Source of the DNA: Schmidtea nova
Taxonomy: Eukaryota
Assembly: GCA_044892505.1 (NCBI GenBank)
Contig: CM097884.1
Span: 69,750,158 to 69,814,000 of the forward strand
Direction: 5' to 3'
DNA: 63,843 bases
Within the stretch, counting starts at the first letter, position 1; every line of letters begins with the position of its first letter. The position numbers and the translations under genes were made by a program. Shown here piece by piece: positions 60,947 through 63,843 of this stretch. The notes beneath the pieces were generated by a model that worked only from the letters and a program-made list of their open reading frames with translations, did not search any database and had not been told where the DNA came from.

Positions 60947-62079
60947 TTGTGGTATTTTAGTTTTTAAAGTTTCATTCCATATCAAAACCTTGGTAGCAAA
61001 GATTTTGGTAGATCCATAATCAAAAATAATGATAAAAACTAATTTTCGAAGACTCAATATTCAAACTATTTCAATAAAAATGACTGTTTTTACATATATT
61101 ACAAATATCAAAGATATTGAGTAATAAATTTTTTAATAGATGTCCCTTGTTATCCCTTGTCTTTTCACTTGAAACTCTAAAGATTTCCTAAATTCAAAAA
61201 TAACTAAAGAATTGCATTGTAAATATTAAAATACTCACAGAAAACATGGAAATTGATCATGTTTTTATAAAAAAGATTCCCATTTAGCCCATTTTGTACC
61301 ATCAAAAATTAACAGAAAATCATACATAATTGATTTGTAAATGACTGATTCTTTAACAATCTATTAACTATAATAGAGAAATTGCCAATATTTTCACCAG
61401 CTTGTATTAAATTTACTTTACAAAAACAATTCACATGCTTGACTTAAATAAGCAACGAGTAACCCAATATCATAACAGTAGGTAGTTAATGGCCCTTTGG
61501 CGCACTTCAAATTCTACCCACATCCCCCCTAAAAAAATGTTCTCTGCGTTTACGTGCCACTATGTTTTTCTGGCCATTTTTGTACTGGAAAATTTTTGTC
61601 GGTCTTTTGTACAGAGATTTTGAACTCCGAGATTTTTTTCGGGCAAAAAGGGACTCTTGTATTTTTGTACATGGAATTTTGGTCTGGATTATTTTTGTAC
61701 AGGGATTTTGGGCTCTGAGATTTTTCCGGGCAAAAAGAGACTAATAATTTTTATACAGATATTTTCAAGAGATTTTTATGGTAAATAAAAACATGTGTAA
61801 ATTTATCAAAATTTCTAATAGATTTAAATGGTTTTTATTTCTATGGTAAAATACAAAGACAAAAGAATGACATAATATTTTAAATTTAAGAAAAAAAGGG
61901 TAAAATCAAGGCAATGTGAGAGTTGAAATGACACAATATTTAAAATTTAATAAATAAAAAGGGTAAAATTAATTTTTTGGAGAAATCAGAGTGGGTAAAT
62001 TTTTAAATATCAAATTAAATTCTTTTTCACAAAATGAAATTCTTTTTTCACAAAATTCTTTTTTAAACCAATAAAAGTC

Positions 62080-62210
62080 TTAACTAATAAAAAGAAAAAT
62101 TTTTAACTAATAAAAAAGAAAAATTTTTAACTAATAAAAAGAAAAATTTTTAACTAATAAAAAGAAAAATTTTTAACTAACAAAAAGAAACATTTTTAAC
62201 TAATAAAAAT
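62080..62210. repeat. 23-24 bp tandem repeat AACTAATAAAAAGAAAAATTTTT, about 5 copies
   Basis: Directly visible. Confidence 0.9.
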
Positions 62211-62230
62211 TCAAAAAAATAAAAATTTTA

Positions 62231-62938
62231 TTAAAATAAATCTTCTTCATCGTCTTCTTCTGTAACTTGATTGAATTCTCTGTCATTGTTTGTGATGAAA
62301 AGCAACACTGTTCCCAGGATTTTATTATTATTAAACATTGTAAGAAGGTTCAGTCTGAAGGATTCATTTGAATCATTGCGAAAGCGGCATTTGTGGAATT
62401 TTGAACCGGGATTTGATATTGGAGACAATAGAGCGCTTTGACCAACATTGTGTGTCGACAGAACTGAAGGCTCCTCGTAATCAAATAACACAGTTTCGAA
62501 AATGGCAAGGTCATAATTAAAGTCATCCAAAGTGGGAGTCGACAGGAAAATCGATACGCATCCTGGAGGCAGATTTTCAATGGCATCGACATTATATACC
62601 GATTCTTTAGCATTGACAATTGACATTCTTGACGATCGACGATCGTATTTAGATTTAGATGGTCGGGCGCTTTGGTTTTCTTGTGTTTCTAACAGATTAT
62701 TGTTGGTCAATGCAGTTACATCGATATGGGAGTTAATTTCTGAGATTTCCACATCAGCTTCTATAGAATTGTTATCTTTGTTTTCAGAAAGCATTGTGTC
62801 TTCTTTTGCTGGATTATTTTCATTATCATCTGTATTCATATCATCATCTTCTTTTTCATCATTTTCTGTTAAATCGTCGTCAGATAAATCAGTATTATTA
62901 ACTTCATCGTTTTCTACTTCGTTTTCACTTTCATTCAT
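62231..62938 (-). CDS. Orphan acidic protein (about 235 aa) with D/E/N-rich N-terminus and globular C-terminus
   Basis: Stop-free ORF; TACAG acceptor 2 nt before ATG (62938); AATAAA just after the stop. Confidence 0.6.
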   Translation of the reverse strand: MNESENEVENDEVNNTDLSDDDLTENDEKEDDDMNTDDNENNPAKEDTMLSENKDNNSIEADVEISEINSHIDVTALTNNNLLETQENQSARPSKSKYDRRSSRMSIVNAKESVYNVDAIENLPPGCVSIFLSTPTLDDFNYDLAIFETVLFDYEEPSVLSTHNVGQSALLSPISNPGSKFHKCRFRNDSNESFRLNLLTMFNNNKILGTVLLFITNNDREFNQVTEEDDEEDLF

Positions 62939-63322
62939 AGCTGTATTTAAATTATACCAATTCAAATTCAACTTCAAATTAATTTCAAATATTGAATTAG
63001 AAAATTCTAAAATCCACAAACTGGAATAATAAAACAAAATCCTAAAGGCATATTAAATCAATTCTCCAAATCGAAACTTAATCAAAATTTTCTAAAAACT
63101 AAAATACCCAATTGGAGTATTAAAACAACCATATTCCTACAATTCAATTATCAATAAAAATCAATTAATTAATTCCAATCTAAAAATATTAAATCACCAT
63201 ATACAATTCTATCTCCAATTAAACTCACACCAAAGGTGAGAAAAGCAACGCGCACACAGACGCGATTAAGAAAATACAAATATATGAAATACCATGAAAA
63301 TTGGTGGTAGCGCACACAGACG

Positions 63323-63843
63323 CTATAAACTGAACAAAATAAAATGCACAACAAATAGCCAAAGTTTGCTCAGGCAAACTTTGGCTGAAACATTTCCCCC
63401 CACCTTGATCCCTTCTAGCGGATCAACCGACCTATTCATCTCTGGGGGACCAACCTTCAACTTCCTAACTTTATTCTTCCACTTCGGCTTATACCCCAAT
63501 TCGCTCGCTTTTATTTTACATTTAATACTAGAATTTCCGATAACATCTTCATAATTTCCTAGATCTGTGTCAACATCGTTAATTTTTCCATTTTCCCTTT
63601 TATCAACATTGGAATTTTCAATTATTCCCTGCCTAATGTTTTCACCATTAAAAGAGTTCTCTCCAATAATTTCCTCAAAATTACAATTTTCTTCAATATC
63701 GCTAATATTTCCCACAACTTTCTCATCGACCATGCAGTTTTCTTTAATATCGTTAATATTTTCTACAATTTTCTCATCGACAATGCCGTTTTCTTTAATA
63801 TCGTTAATATTTTCTACAATTTTCTCATCGACAATGCAGTTTT
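63323..63843 (-). CDS. C-terminus of an ORF running off the window, with 17-aa repeats (IVDEKIVENINDIKEN-C/G), reading through the PPT
   Basis: 51-nt tandem unit at 63683-63843, in frame with ORF 63323-63733. Confidence 0.6.
   Translation of the reverse strand, partial: NCIVDEKIVENINDIKENGIVDEKIVENINDIKENCMVDEKVVGNISDIEENCNFEEIIGENSFNGENIRQGIIENSNVDKRENGKINDVDTDLGNYEDVIGNSSIKCKIKASELGYKPKWKNKVRKLKVGPPEMNRSVDPLEGIKVGGNVSAKVCLSKLWLFVVHFILFSL

Larger units (their letters stand above)
61538..63392 (-). repeat. Putative 1.85 kb 3' LTR of a large LTR element extending off the window
   Basis: PPT AAGGTGGGGGGAAA (63393-63406) immediately followed by TGTTTCAG; candidate end GAGAACA at 61538; internal tandem repeats. 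Confidence 0.5.

Overview
Very AT-rich eukaryotic (metazoan-type) genomic DNA with short 40-75 nt introns and three N gaps. The taxon cannot be fixed from the sequence; the style resembles planarian-like genomes. The window is mostly transposons around a few host genes. Host genes: a divergent SLC30/ZnT-like transporter on the minus strand, whose first exon (17424-17843) appears to splice across about 17 kb of transposons to exons at 545-422 and 379-217, and a multi-exon K/N-rich coiled-coil gene at 48.8-50.0 kb. Mobile elements: (1) a 3.86 kb palindromic non-autonomous Polinton/Maverick (984-4841, 6-bp TSD TATACG) built from two head-to-head pPolB-containing ends; (2) a full-length MULE whose intact 601-aa transposase has Lys in place of the catalytic Glu; (3) mariner, Tc1, maT, piggyBac and hAT elements; (4) two Penelope-like elements and three hammerhead ribozymes; (5) several solo-LTR-like repeats; (6) a very young Ty3/Gypsy element (55571-60946) with identical LTRs and a UUUAAAC plus pseudoknot -1 frameshift signal after the protease; (7) at the right edge, a probable large LTR containing an orphan acidic ORF. 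Orphan intronless ORFs at 19.2-20.7 kb and 30.8-32.7 kb remain unexplained. All alignments and structures were read by eye; no database search was run.
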